Shown: positions 1-10,194, counted from the first letter of the stretch. The stretch: 64,000 nucleotides of DNA from a candidate division WOR-3 bacterium (GCA_965649105.1 CBFGJP010000002.1:637-64636); one strand, 5' to 3'. Program-made: numbers and translations. The notes: a model not told the origin generated them from the sequence alone.

Positions 1-2532
1 ATCCTGGTTATCCCATAATTCCTTGAATTCCATAAAAACACGGTATTTGTAGGCGCCAAGTTTTATAAACCATCCCTTTTCTGCAAGAATAATTGGGTCT
101 ACTAAATAAAAAAGATTTTCTTTGTTTTCTCTACAAAGATAATATACCCCTTCTTTAGAATGTAAATTCAGTCCGGCACACAGGCTTTTCGTATAGAATC
201 TTTCCGAACCTTTGACCCAACCTTGTGCTTCCTGGTAGCGATTATTATAAATGACCAGAATCCGTTCGGATGCACTCCCATTTGAATATGCAAATACATC
301 TTCGTTTATATTCCCATTATCATCAAAAAAATCATAAAGACAAAAATTTTCCACACCACTAAATAAGGAGCGTTTTTTTAATAATGGAAATACCTCTTTT
401 TCGTGCCGTTTGATGAGATATTCATCAACTTTCTCATCCCAGTAAGAGCGATAATATTCCATCCCATATTTTTCCTGAAATCCTTCAATCTGGGCATGTC
501 CAAACATACATAAGCCCGGCATTGTTACCATCATTATACAAACACCGAAATATTTATCATCTTTACCAAATTGCTGGGCTGCCGTCAATTCATCTGGATT
601 GCTCATAAAATTCACAAATCTCCTTAAAATTTCTGGGTTATAATCAAGAACATTTTTCAAAACCTGATGGTATTCTTTATTTTGCTCCATTTTGAGCATA
701 TTCATAAAGGCACTGTTATACACTCGATGCATTCCAAGGTTTCTCACAAAATATCCTTCCATCAACCAGAATGCTTCCGCAAGCAATAATGTATCAGGCG
801 CTTCTTTTGTAATTCGTTCAATAACCTCGCGCCAGAATTCCTTAGGAAATAGTTTGTTAAATTGACTGTTGGTCATACTGTATTCAGTCCTTGAAGGAAT
901 ATCCCCGCCCTTGCCAGGTTCAGGAAACCACAATCTATGATAATGTTTCTTGGTCAGCGTCATTGCGGCATCAAGCCGGATGATGGATGATTTTTTTGCA
1001 ATATCGATGATCTTTTTAATCACTGCTTCTCTAACTTCAGGTAAAAGAAAGTTCAACTGAGCTGTATCATTCCAGGGTGTGCTTGTGCCATCATTGCCAT
1101 GATAAATATACCTAACCCGACCGGTTTTTTTCTCAATCAGTTTAAATACAACCGCAGCATCGGTCCTGTTATAATATCCATCTTCAATATAAATCTCTAA
1201 TTCCGGATCTTCAGAAAGATTTGGACCGGTGAAACGATAATTAAAAAATGGAGGTGTATCACGCTGAATAAACCAATCTGGATGTTCCTTTATCCATCTT
1301 GAATCAATCGCTGTATGATTGGGCACCATATCAACTGCAATTCTGATGTTGAAGTTGAGTGCCCTCTGTTTTAAATTATTAAAAGCTATCTCCCCGCCTA
1401 AATCCTGGGCAACTACATAATCAAATATTGAATAAGCCGAGGCAATCGCTTCTTGATTACCACAAAGTTTTTTTATTTTTGCTGAAGCCTTACTTCTTTC
1501 CCAGATACCGATGAGCCAGATTGCATTGAATCCCCAATCACTCAATATCTTCAATTCTTCATCTGGAATCTCATCCAATCTTTTTATGTCTCTATTATAC
1601 TTTTTGCTCAACTGGTACAGCCAAACATAAGTATGTTTAGCAATCATAACAACCTCTGGCATCCAATCTGTATCAGGGCTGAACCGGGGTTCATCAGAAT
1701 GGATATCGGTATGAACTTCTGGGTTAGAAGAAAAGTCAGGAATGAGTGCTGGACCTGGACCCGATGGCCTTTCTTTTTTCTCTTCACGGATATAATCAAG
1801 CGAGATAAGTATGCGAGCGGAAAGACGATCAACTAATCTCGGTGATAATATCAATTTCCAGTGTTCTTTTATGTATAATAATTGTTTGACAAGGGAATCG
1901 GGAGCGGCACGAATTGGAGATTTTAGGAGATCAACAAGAAATTGATGATAAGGTCCATAAACTGGTTGAGTCTTAAAAAACTCTTCGAGTTCAGAAATAA
2001 CTTTTTGATATTCGGTTAAATTTTTCAATTTTTCATCATCAAATAATTCTTTGAATTGGAAAAAAGCTGGATTTTCATTTGCCAGGCTTAACATTAATAT
2101 CTCCTGAAGTGTAATCAGTGTATTGGGTATGTTATCTGTGGTGCCCCTTAGATATTCATTTATTGTTTCTTTGCGGGAATAAACAGAAAGAGGTGGAAAT
2201 AGTTTAACAAATACTTTTATTACATCAATCACTCCTTTTTTACCTATTTTTCTGTTTAGATAATCAAGGGCCTTTTTGAATGCATCTGGATTTTTTTCTA
2301 TCTGGTATCTCTGGACTACAAGGTGGAATATTTCATCAATAAGACCCATTGCGTTCAGATCGGCTGGACTTATCAGATCTTTTCCCTTATTTTTTCTATA
2401 ATTATTCCATTTATCAGCAAATTTTTTTACTGAGGTAATGTCGATAAAAACTACATTACCGTTCAGTTGGAATAAAGATTTGTCAAACTTATATTTCTCG
2501 CGACATGCTTCACTAATATGAAATTCAAACAT
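1..2532 (-). CDS. GH13 (alpha-amylase superfamily) alpha-glucan-active enzyme, more than 840 aa, C-terminus beyond window start; long N-terminal region of unknown function
   Basis: Hand translation of the minus strand from ATG at 2532 gives a continuous ORF to position 1. GH13 conserved regions are present: VDMVPNHT (region I), IIRLDAAMT (region II, nucleophile Asp), LLAEAFW (acid/base Glu), NFMSNPDE (region IV). Not in the ORF track because the stop lies off-window. Confidence 0.75.
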   Translation of the reverse strand, partial: MFEFHISEACREKYKFDKSLFQLNGNVVFIDITSVKKFADKWNNYRKNKGKDLISPADLNAMGLIDEIFHLVVQRYQIEKNPDAFKKALDYLNRKIGKKGVIDVIKVFVKLFPPLSVYSRKETINEYLRGTTDNIPNTLITLQEILMLSLANENPAFFQFKELFDDEKLKNLTEYQKVISELEEFFKTQPVYGPYHQFLVDLLKSPIRAAPDSLVKQLLYIKEHWKLILSPRLVDRLSARILISLDYIREEKKERPSGPGPALIPDFSSNPEVHTDIHSDEPRFSPDTDWMPEVVMIAKHTYVWLYQLSKKYNRDIKRLDEIPDEELKILSDWGFNAIWLIGIWERSKASAKIKKLCGNQEAIASAYSIFDYVVAQDLGGEIAFNNLKQRALNFNIRIAVDMVPNHTAIDSRWIKEHPDWFIQRDTPPFFNYRFTGPNLSEDPELEIYIEDGYYNRTDAAVVFKLIEKKTGRVRYIYHGNDGTSTPWNDTAQLNFLLPEVREAVIKKIIDIAKKSSIIRLDAAMTLTKKHYHRLWFPEPGKGGDIPSRTEYSMTNSQFNKLFPKEFWREVIERITKEAPDTLLLAEAFWLMEGYFVRNLGMHRVYNSAFMNMLKMEQNKEYHQVLKNVLDYNPEILRRFVNFMSNPDELTAAQQFGKDDKYFGVCIMMVTMPGLCMFGHAQIEGFQEKYGMEYYRSYWDEKVDEYLIKRHEKEVFPLLKKRSLFSGVENFCLYDFFDDNGNINEDVFAYSNGSASERILVIYNNRYQEAQGWVKGSERFYTKSLCAGLNLHSKEGVYYLCRENKENLFYLVDPIILAEKGWFIKLGAYKYRVFMEFKELWDNQD

Positions 2533-2608
2533 TTTTATTGGGAATTAAATATATGAGATGAAAAAAGGTTTAATAATGTCAATTATGAAATTTTCAATAA
2601 AAAACTCC

Positions 2609-2878
2609 CTATGAATCTTTTTTTTCATATTTACTCAACTGTGCTTCAAGCTCTTGAATTTTCTCAACAAGTTTTTCCTTTTCCGCCTCTTTTTCTTTAT
2701 ATGCAATGCGCGTGAGCATGGCAAACGCAATTGCCATTAAAATAATTGCCCAGAATGGTGTGAACCATTCAAAAATGTTAAATATATTAAACAACAATGC
2801 CAAGACGCCCAATAGAAAGATCAAAAGCGCCCAAATAGCCATAAAACCCCCTTTAATAATCGATAAATTATAATCCAC
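2609..2878 (-). CDS. small membrane protein with C-terminal coiled-coil, function unknown
   Basis: 89-aa ORF with two hydrophobic helices (IWALLIFLLGVLALL, FWAIILMAIAFAML) followed by a KE-rich heptad-like tail. Confidence 0.45.
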   Translation of the reverse strand: MDYNLSIIKGGFMAIWALLIFLLGVLALLFNIFNIFEWFTPFWAIILMAIAFAMLTRIAYKEKEAEKEKLVEKIQELEAQLSKYEKKDS

Positions 2879-2908
2879 TGTGATTTTTTGTCAATACCAA
2901 TTGTCAAT

Positions 2909-3904
2909 TTACTTTAACAAATAAAGCAAGATTAAGTTTAAAATGTATAAAAAGATAATGATGAGCGCATCTAAAGATACAGGCAGATGTTTCTTCTCTG
3001 CCCGATAAGTTAGACTGATTATCACTACTGCTGTTATAATTATCCCAAACAATGCAGAGATCTTGTGATTTTGACTTACCATAATTAAGATAGACCCCTT
3101 TGTATAAATAAAATCGATAATTCCCAGAATCGCAATGTTAAATATTGTACTACCCATTAGATTACCCATTGCCAAATCTACTGCCTTACATCTCAACGCA
3201 CCAAAGCAAACAATTGTTTCAGGCAGGGATGTAGAACAGGCGATGAATATATTACCTACAAATGTCTGTCCGAGCCCGGTTATTTCAGCAATACCCTCAC
3301 CAATCTTTGGGAGGAATATTGCTGCGCCAATAACGAGGAATGCATTTATACTAAATAATGTGATTGCTTTATTGAGTGTTATATCAGGGTAAAGTTCAAT
3401 ATTTTGATGATTAATATTTCCAGCGTTCTTCTTTTCATACTGGAAGATTAATCTCATCGCAAATATATATATAATAATAAAAATTAAACTATTCAAACCA
3501 ACCCAACCGAATCTTGGCATATTTTCTTTTAAAGAGAGACTAACGATAACAATACTTAGTTGCAATATTCCAAAACTCCCAGAAATTATGTGTCCTGTCT
3601 GGGCGAGACTTGAAATTGGCATTTTGCGATGAAATAAGTCAAGAAATGCGATTATCAACAGATTGAACACGCAACTTCCAATTAAATCGCCGGCTGCAAT
3701 ATCGGGTACCTGGGCATAAGTAACAGCACTGATTGAATTTACCATTTCAGGAAGGGAGGTAATGGAAGCGACCAGAATGAGTCCAATAAAGGTTCTGCCA
3801 AGCCCGCTTTTTTCTGCAATCACATCACTATAAAATGAAAGCCTTGTTCCAGCAAAAAAAATTATAACGGTACATAAAAGCAAACCTGTAATTAAAAATA
3901 GCAT
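2909..3904 (-). CDS. Ca2+:cation antiporter (CaCA/YrbG-type Na+/Ca2+ exchanger family)
   Basis: 331 aa, polytopic. Contains the duplicated alpha-repeat signature of the family (GLGRTFIGLILVASITSLPE and GLGQTFVGNIFIACSTSLPE). Confidence 0.8.
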   Translation of the reverse strand: MLFLITGLLLCTVIIFFAGTRLSFYSDVIAEKSGLGRTFIGLILVASITSLPEMVNSISAVTYAQVPDIAAGDLIGSCVFNLLIIAFLDLFHRKMPISSLAQTGHIISGSFGILQLSIVIVSLSLKENMPRFGWVGLNSLIFIIIYIFAMRLIFQYEKKNAGNINHQNIELYPDITLNKAITLFSINAFLVIGAAIFLPKIGEGIAEITGLGQTFVGNIFIACSTSLPETIVCFGALRCKAVDLAMGNLMGSTIFNIAILGIIDFIYTKGSILIMVSQNHKISALFGIIITAVVIISLTYRAEKKHLPVSLDALIIIFLYILNLILLYLLK

Positions 3905-3947
3905 AATGTGATTATAATAATTTAAGCTATAAAGTCAATAACACTTC

Positions 3948-3975
3948 TTGACTCATTATGTATTTTAATTATAAT
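3948..3975 (+). promoter_or_regulatory. sigma70-type promoter TTGACT-16-TATAAT; predicted start coincides with ATG 3982 (leaderless)
   Basis: ttgact at 3948-3953, 16-nt spacer, tataat at 3970-3975, ATG 7 nt downstream. Confidence 0.6.
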
Positions 3976-3981
3976 AGAAAT

Positions 3982-6777
3982 ATGACCCCCTTGGTGTTGA
4001 CTTTATTTTTCTTCAATCAATATTTTGGGCAAAACAAAATTCAATATCGTGATTTTAATTTCAAAATTCTTTCCAGCGAGCATTTTGAAATTTATTTTTA
4101 CGCGGGTGGAGAAACTATTGCGCATTTTGCCCAGGATGTACTTGAAGATGGCTATGAACAATTGAGTAAAGATTTTGGCATCGAAGTTGAATTTCGTATT
4201 CCGGTGATACTTTATAATGCACCAAATCATTTTTCGCAGACAAATGTTACTCTCGAACTGATTGAAGAATCGGTTGGTGGTTTTACGGAAATTTTGAAAA
4301 ATCGTATGGTGATACCATTTAATGGTGATTACGAAGAATTTCGCCATGTGCTCATTCACGAGTTAACGCATGTATTTGAGTTTGTAATTTTCTTTCCCTC
4401 AAAACTTGAGGCGCTATTGACGGGAGATCTTTTTTACTCAATACCGCTGTGGGTAATGGAAGGATGTGCGGAGTTTTTTTCTCAGGGCTGGAATCTTGAG
4501 GCAGATATTTATATGCGGGATTTAATTATGCATAATCAGGTAATTCCATTATCAGATCTTGGCAATTATGGTGGTTATATAATATATAAGGAAGGGCAGG
4601 CCTTTTATAATTATGTAAATATCAGATATGGCAGAGAGAAAATCAGTGAATTTATTCACCTTCTTAAATCAAAGAAAAATTTGGAAAATGCATTTGTCAG
4701 CGCGTTTGGTGTCAGTGTTGATGAATTCAATAAACGCTGGATTAAATTTTATCAATTACAATACTGGCCCAAAGTTAAGCTTTCGGAAAATTTCGATAAT
4801 TTTGCGCGTGTTGTCTATGACCATAAAAAAACCCGATCTTTCTATAATACGTCTTCCGCGATATCTCCCAATGGTGATAAAATTGCATTTATCAGTGATC
4901 GTCAGGGAAATGTTGATTTGATTATAATATCAAGTATCGACGGTAGAATTCTGAAAAAACTCATTCGTGCTGAATATTCTTCAGGCTATGAAGGTCTACA
5001 TCTTTATCAAGGTGGCATTAGCTGGTCGCCAGACGAGAAATATATCTGTTTTGCTGCTAAGGCGCGGGGTGATGATGTCCTTTATATAGTAAATGCTCGA
5101 AGCGGAAGAGTGTATAAAAAATTTAAATTAAAACTTAACGGCATATACTCTCCAAAATTTTCACCTGATGGGAAAAAGATTATATTCAGTGGACTTAAGG
5201 ATTCCTATCTTGATATTTATCAAATTGAAATAGCCAGTGGCAGCGTTGAGAGAATAACAAACGATATCTATGCAGATAAATTTCCTGTTATATTTTCAGA
5301 AGACCGAATTGCCTTTGTCTCAGACCGGCCGGATTCCAATGGAAATTATTATTATGGTAGTTATGGTGTTTTCTTGAAAGAAGGAAACGACATTAAAAGA
5401 CTCACGCCACGCGCAACCTACATAGCCTGGCCTTTGTTTAATGCGGACACAGGTATCTACTTCGTTGCTGATTATGACTCAGCCTATAATCTTTATTATT
5501 TTTCATTCAATGCGAATAAAATAGTTAGAAGAACAGATATCCTTACTGGGATTTATTATCCTTCCATTTCCAGAGATTTTCAAAAAATTGCATTCGGGTA
5601 TTATAATGACTATGGCTATGATATTTGTGTTGTGAAAGAGCCACTCAAAAGTATGGTTGAATGTGATTCAATCGAAGTTGAAATTGCTGAAAATTCATAT
5701 AGCGCAGGTGAGCTTAATAACGAAAAAATAAGAAAGTATCGCCTGAAATTTACGCTTGATTATATTGTAGCAAGTGCTTCATATTATACACCACTTGGTT
5801 TCTCCGGAATGACCCAGATTGCCTTAAGCGATATCCTTGGTGACCATCTCATTCAATGCAGCACTGACTTTTATGGGAGTTTATCTTCTTCAGACATATT
5901 TTTTGTTTACTGGTATTTGAAGAAAAGAATGGACTTCGGCTTTGCCTTTTATCAGTATTTGAACTATTTTGCTTCAGGGAATGACCTTGTAATATGGCGT
6001 TATCTTGGTTTAGGTGGTATGGTCCAACATCCATTTACAAAATTTTTCCGAGCCGAACTCGGCCTTTATAAATACAAAATTTATGAAACAAAATGGGTCG
6101 ATTTCTTTGACGATTTTTATTCTGATATATATACAGAAACTTCTTATAATTTCACATATCCTGAACTTTCTTTCATTTTTGATAATGCAAAATGGGGTGA
6201 TACCGGTCCCATAAATGGTGTGCGCACACGCATAACAGGATATACTACTATATTTAGTGATTTTGATATAAAGGTTGGTGTTTTCGACTACCGGCGATAT
6301 TTTAGACTTTCGCCCAGGGCGAGTTTTGCCACCAGATTGGTTTTGGCAGGAAATTTTGGTAAAGAAGATGAACTCTGGTCAATAGGTGGTCCCGGTTCAA
6401 TCCGGGGGTTTGATTATTATACATTTACTGGTACAGATTTAGGATTCTTTAATTTTGAATATCGTTTCCCATTTATAGACCGACTCAGACTGGCATTTCC
6501 AATACCCATGGAAATCAAAAATATCAGGGGAGTTCTGTTTGCTGACTTTGCGGGAATATATTCTGATTCATTTGATGTCTTTGAATCAGCAGAGGGGATT
6601 TTACCAGTTCGCCTCAAAGATGTAAAGATGGGGCTTGGATTTGGATTGCGCTTTAATCTACTTTTCGCAATATTCAAATTAGATTTTGCCCGTTCAAATG
6701 ATCTGCAAAACTGGGTTGATGAAAAGGGCGAACCCTCAAAATGGAAATTTTATCTGACAATCGGCCCCGAATGGTAA
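3982..6777 (+). CDS. Omp85/BamA-family outer-membrane beta-barrel protein with N-terminal HExxH metallopeptidase-like module and TolB-like PD40 beta-propeller repeats
   Basis: HELTHVFEF motif near residue 135. Repeated PD40-like units (SPNGDKIAFISDRQGNVDL; SWSPDEKYICFAA; SPKFSPDGKKIIFSG; EDRIAFVSDRPDSNG). C-terminal approx. 300 aa with alternating amphipathic strands, the Omp85 loop-6 motif IGGPGSIRGF, and a terminal aromatic residue (…TIGPEW). Start moved to ATG 3982 because the track start 3958 lies inside the promoter. Confidence 0.7.
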   Translation: MTPLVLTLFFFNQYFGQNKIQYRDFNFKILSSEHFEIYFYAGGETIAHFAQDVLEDGYEQLSKDFGIEVEFRIPVILYNAPNHFSQTNVTLELIEESVGGFTEILKNRMVIPFNGDYEEFRHVLIHELTHVFEFVIFFPSKLEALLTGDLFYSIPLWVMEGCAEFFSQGWNLEADIYMRDLIMHNQVIPLSDLGNYGGYIIYKEGQAFYNYVNIRYGREKISEFIHLLKSKKNLENAFVSAFGVSVDEFNKRWIKFYQLQYWPKVKLSENFDNFARVVYDHKKTRSFYNTSSAISPNGDKIAFISDRQGNVDLIIISSIDGRILKKLIRAEYSSGYEGLHLYQGGISWSPDEKYICFAAKARGDDVLYIVNARSGRVYKKFKLKLNGIYSPKFSPDGKKIIFSGLKDSYLDIYQIEIASGSVERITNDIYADKFPVIFSEDRIAFVSDRPDSNGNYYYGSYGVFLKEGNDIKRLTPRATYIAWPLFNADTGIYFVADYDSAYNLYYFSFNANKIVRRTDILTGIYYPSISRDFQKIAFGYYNDYGYDICVVKEPLKSMVECDSIEVEIAENSYSAGELNNEKIRKYRLKFTLDYIVASASYYTPLGFSGMTQIALSDILGDHLIQCSTDFYGSLSSSDIFFVYWYLKKRMDFGFAFYQYLNYFASGNDLVIWRYLGLGGMVQHPFTKFFRAELGLYKYKIYETKWVDFFDDFYSDIYTETSYNFTYPELSFIFDNAKWGDTGPINGVRTRITGYTTIFSDFDIKVGVFDYRRYFRLSPRASFATRLVLAGNFGKEDELWSIGGPGSIRGFDYYTFTGTDLGFFNFEYRFPFIDRLRLAFPIPMEIKNIRGVLFADFAGIYSDSFDVFESAEGILPVRLKDVKMGLGFGLRFNLLFAIFKLDFARSNDLQNWVDEKGEPSKWKFYLTIGPEW

Positions 6778-7979
6778 TGTGGTTATTGTTATTTATTTAT
6801 TTAGGATGTGGTAATGTCAAAGAGCAGAAATGCGTTGTATACTTCTGGCATGTTATGGGTGGGCCGATCGGCAGAAAACTTGATGAGATGGTGCAGGAAT
6901 TTAACAGGTTGCACCCTGAAGGTGAGATACGATCAGCCCAGATGGGTTCTTATGATGCCCTGGCGCAAAAACTTATGGGTGCCATTGCTTCAAATTCACC
7001 ACCAACAATCGCTCAAATGTATGAATCATGGACCGACCAGTTTTTTAAAGCAGGATTTTTGGAACCCCTGCAGAATTTTATTGAAAAAGATTCTTCTTTT
7101 GACCTTTTAGATTTTTTCCCGGTATTCATTGAAGATAATACCTTCGACTCAATAATTGTTACGCTCCCTTTTAACAAAAGTCTTCCGGTATTTTATTACA
7201 ATGCAGCGGTATTGGATTCAGTGGGGATAGCAGCATTTCCTGAAAATTGGGTTGATTTCAGAATTATGTGCGAAAAATTGAGAAAATTAAAAATTTGGCC
7301 TACATCCTGGCCCATAGATGTCTGGTATTTTGGTACAATGGTTTATCAAGAAGGTGGTGAGTTGTTCAATGAAAATACGAAAAGACCAATGTTTCATAGT
7401 GAACCAGGGGTCAGGGTGTTAGAATATCTGGTGGGTTTAGTGAAAGATAGTTTATTCTATCTCAATCCGGGGTTTCAACGTCAGGACGAGTTCTTGAGCG
7501 GAAATGTGGCAACAATACCCGCCTCAATTGTCTCTTGGGTATTCTTAAAGGGCCGACCAAAATTTAAAATGGGGGTAGCACCATTCCCCGGTGGGAAAAA
7601 TAAAAAAGTTGTGATCGCCGGCACTAATATTGGAATGTTTAAAAAAGCCAGTCCTGAACAAAAAAACCTTGCCTGGGAATTTATTCGATGGTTTCTGGAA
7701 CCCGAGCAACAGATAAAATGGACAAAAGCAAGTTATTACCTACCTACCCGACAGAGTGTAATCAAATTTCCTGAATTTCAAGAATTTCTGAAAGAAAATC
7801 CCAACTATGACAGGATTGTTGCCCAGCTTGCTCTTGCAACCACCGAGCCTAAGTCAAAAGAATGGTTTACCGGCAGGATATATTTAAACGAAGCACTTGA
7901 AGAAGCCATGCGTCTTGAAAGAACGCCGGAACAGGCACTTGATAATGCCGCAAAAAGATTATTTGTTGACCTGGAGTGA
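6771..7979 (+). CDS. ABC transporter substrate-binding lipoprotein (family 1 extracellular solute-binding, sugar-type)
   Basis: Lipobox LLFIYLGC|G. Similarity pattern of MalE/UgpB-like SBPs across the length. No permease or ATPase genes adjacent. Confidence 0.65.
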   Translation: MVMWLLLFIYLGCGNVKEQKCVVYFWHVMGGPIGRKLDEMVQEFNRLHPEGEIRSAQMGSYDALAQKLMGAIASNSPPTIAQMYESWTDQFFKAGFLEPLQNFIEKDSSFDLLDFFPVFIEDNTFDSIIVTLPFNKSLPVFYYNAAVLDSVGIAAFPENWVDFRIMCEKLRKLKIWPTSWPIDVWYFGTMVYQEGGELFNENTKRPMFHSEPGVRVLEYLVGLVKDSLFYLNPGFQRQDEFLSGNVATIPASIVSWVFLKGRPKFKMGVAPFPGGKNKKVVIAGTNIGMFKKASPEQKNLAWEFIRWFLEPEQQIKWTKASYYLPTRQSVIKFPEFQEFLKENPNYDRIVAQLALATTEPKSKEWFTGRIYLNEALEEAMRLERTPEQALDNAAKRLFVDLE

Positions 7980-8070
7980 TTGTGGATTTTAAACCTGCAA
8001 GACTTGATACATTATCATTAGCAACATCAACAATAACAAGTATAATTTTGATTGTTCTATCTATCTTTTT

Positions 8071-8949
8071 TTGGTAAACCGAATCCCGTACGGATGGTTA
8101 TTCGCTATGTTATTGATTGCTATTCCTTTGGTTAGTTATCTTTTAAGCCCTAAAATTTATTACCTACAAGGTGGACAGTTTATCATTGAAAAAGTTATGG
8201 GCAAAAAGATCAAAATACCGATTAGTGAGATTGAAGGCATTTTTGCGGTTGAAGACTTTTATAAATTGAAACCCGTGAGGTCAATCGGTAATGGTGGATT
8301 ATTTGGTTATTATGGAATATATACTACAAAAGATTATGGGAATATTAACTGTCAATTAACAAGGTTGAAAAGGATTCTGATTATTAAATCAGAAAAAGGA
8401 TATTACGCAATATCACCAGCGAAGACGGAAAGGCTATTTGAATTGTTCAAATCAATGAATGCTATAACACTGACTAAAGAAATTTCGGAAGCCGAGCCAA
8501 TACAAAAGAAGGCGAGTCCGTTGATATTATTAATTCCTGATACAATCGTCGCTCTTCCCTTGATTATGATAATTTTACTTTATCCACAACTACCCGCTAA
8601 TATTGCAATCCATTTTGATGCAAGTGGAACCCCTGACGGATGGGGTCCCAAAATTTCTTTTCTTTATTTTGGATTCATTCCCCAGGTAATAATTATGATA
8701 ATATGCGCAATTTCATTCTTTGCTATGAGAAATAAATTCCGTAATGCAATGCCGGTTTATCTCTTGATAATTATGCTTTCATTGATCCAGCTCATAGTAG
8801 CTTATTTTTCATTTGATATATACTGGTTCAATGTGTACCAATCGCATTTGGCTCCTATGGGTTATCTATTTATAATTTTTACCGGAGTATTTTTGGCCTT
8901 GTTAATTATCTACTATCGGAATTTAACAAAAAAAGAAGACCACAGATAA
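8071..8949 (+). CDS. membrane protein with bacterial PH-like N-terminal domain and DUF1648 (SdpI/YhfL-like) C-terminal domain
   Basis: N-terminal TM segment, then a soluble region, then PANIAIHFDASGTPDGWGPK (DUF1648 signature) followed by several TM helices. Confidence 0.5.
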   Translation: MVNRIPYGWLFAMLLIAIPLVSYLLSPKIYYLQGGQFIIEKVMGKKIKIPISEIEGIFAVEDFYKLKPVRSIGNGGLFGYYGIYTTKDYGNINCQLTRLKRILIIKSEKGYYAISPAKTERLFELFKSMNAITLTKEISEAEPIQKKASPLILLIPDTIVALPLIMIILLYPQLPANIAIHFDASGTPDGWGPKISFLYFGFIPQVIIMIICAISFFAMRNKFRNAMPVYLLIIMLSLIQLIVAYFSFDIYWFNVYQSHLAPMGYLFIIFTGVFLALLIIYYRNLTKKEDHR

Positions 8950-8978
8950 TATTTTGTTAATTCCCAGAGCCATTATTA

Positions 8979-9605
8979 CTACTTGAAAATTTCTTTTCCC
9001 TTACCAACGATTTTATTCAATTGTTCTCTGAAATAGTCAGTATTTTCTACGATATGTTTAGGAATTTGCTGACAATAATACTCCCAGGAGCGTTTTATTT
9101 CAGCACCAAGGAGTTGCACCAGGGTTCCATCGCGCAGACCCTGTTCAACCTTTTCTTGATTATAGAGAACAAGATCAGAAGCAAGTGCCTTGGCAAGTCT
9201 TCTTGCCCTCTCGTGCCACTTTTTATCTTCTTCGCTCATTTCCGGCTGGAGCGGTGTTTTAGGTTTTGAGACAATTTCTGCCTGAGGCGCAACTGGACTT
9301 TCAACTTGGGGAGGTTCGGGAATTTCTGGTTTTGGTGGAGGTTGCACAGTAGGCTGTGGGATATTTTCCTGTGCGGGTTTTTGCATCTCGGATGATACAG
9401 TCGGTTCTACCTTATATGGTGGTTCAACTTTGGGGGGTGGGGGTGGGGTTTCAACACGCGGAACCTCAGGTATTGACGGTGGGCTCTCTTTTTTTATTAA
9501 AATCACATTCTGACACTTTGGGCATTTAACCTTTACACCACTTGCAGGAATTTTATTTTCATCGACATTATATTTTGAATGGCAATTTGTGCATTCAACA
9601 ATCAT
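8979..9605 (-). CDS. zinc-ribbon (MJ0042-type CxxC…CxxC) protein with proline-rich linker and conserved C-terminal domain
   Basis: N-terminus CTNCHSKYNVDENKIPASGVKVKCPKCQN. About 90 aa of P/E/V-rich low-complexity sequence. Structured helical C-terminus. Confidence 0.5.
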   Translation of the reverse strand: MIVECTNCHSKYNVDENKIPASGVKVKCPKCQNVILIKKESPPSIPEVPRVETPPPPPKVEPPYKVEPTVSSEMQKPAQENIPQPTVQPPPKPEIPEPPQVESPVAPQAEIVSKPKTPLQPEMSEEDKKWHERARRLAKALASDLVLYNQEKVEQGLRDGTLVQLLGAEIKRSWEYYCQQIPKHIVENTDYFREQLNKIVGKGKEIFK

Positions 9606-10188
9606 TTTTTAACTCCTTCAAAATCTTCAGGCACTGCCTTTTGAGTTGCCAAAGCGTGCCATTATTTTTTATAACATATTTTGCCGCCCGTTCCATCTCA
9701 GATTCTTTTTTCTGGCTCTGCAGGATACGGTAAAATATCTTTTCCGGAATCCCTCTTTTTTGTGCCCTTGTTTTTTTGGTTTCAAGTGGTGCCTTAACGA
9801 GAATGGGATAATCAACTTTTTTTAATAATTCGGGCCAATCAAAAAGCAATGCAGCATCAATTACCACCATACCACTGGGAATACTATCAATCTTTTTGTT
9901 AATTTCCTCAAGCAATCTGGGATGAGAAAGACGATTAAGAATCCTCAGATATTTTTGATTAGAAAAGACAATGTCCCGCAGTTTTTTTCTGTCAACCTTT
10001 TCACCTGTAAATATCTCATCACCAAAATGGATTTTTAATCTTTCGGCAATTGCTGGCAATATGCTTTTCCCGATGCGATCAGCAGAAATATATTTCATTC
10101 CCCAGGATTGAAACATCTTGGCAACAGTTGTTTTTCCTGAACCAATGTTCCCGCCCACCCCGATCACCACCTTATTTTTTTTCATCAA
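9595..10188 (-). CDS. coaE: dephospho-CoA kinase
   Basis: P-loop GVGGNIGSGKTT at the N-terminus; length 197 aa; CoaE family pattern (DAD…, C-terminal lid). Confidence 0.85.
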   Translation of the reverse strand: MMKKNKVVIGVGGNIGSGKTTVAKMFQSWGMKYISADRIGKSILPAIAERLKIHFGDEIFTGEKVDRKKLRDIVFSNQKYLRILNRLSHPRLLEEINKKIDSIPSGMVVIDAALLFDWPELLKKVDYPILVKAPLETKKTRAQKRGIPEKIFYRILQSQKKESEMERAAKYVIKNNGTLWQLKRQCLKILKELKNDC

Positions 10189-10194
10189 AGAGTT

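Noticed and set aside
3135-3392. 85-aa plus-strand ORF (and many similar 60-120 aa ORFs, e.g. 4003-4359, 10700-10939, 13031-13327, 23341-23942, 33741-34064, 37364-37684)
   Set aside because: All lie antisense or out of frame within long, well-supported genes. They have low-complexity or odd composition and no translation signals, so they are shadow ORFs.
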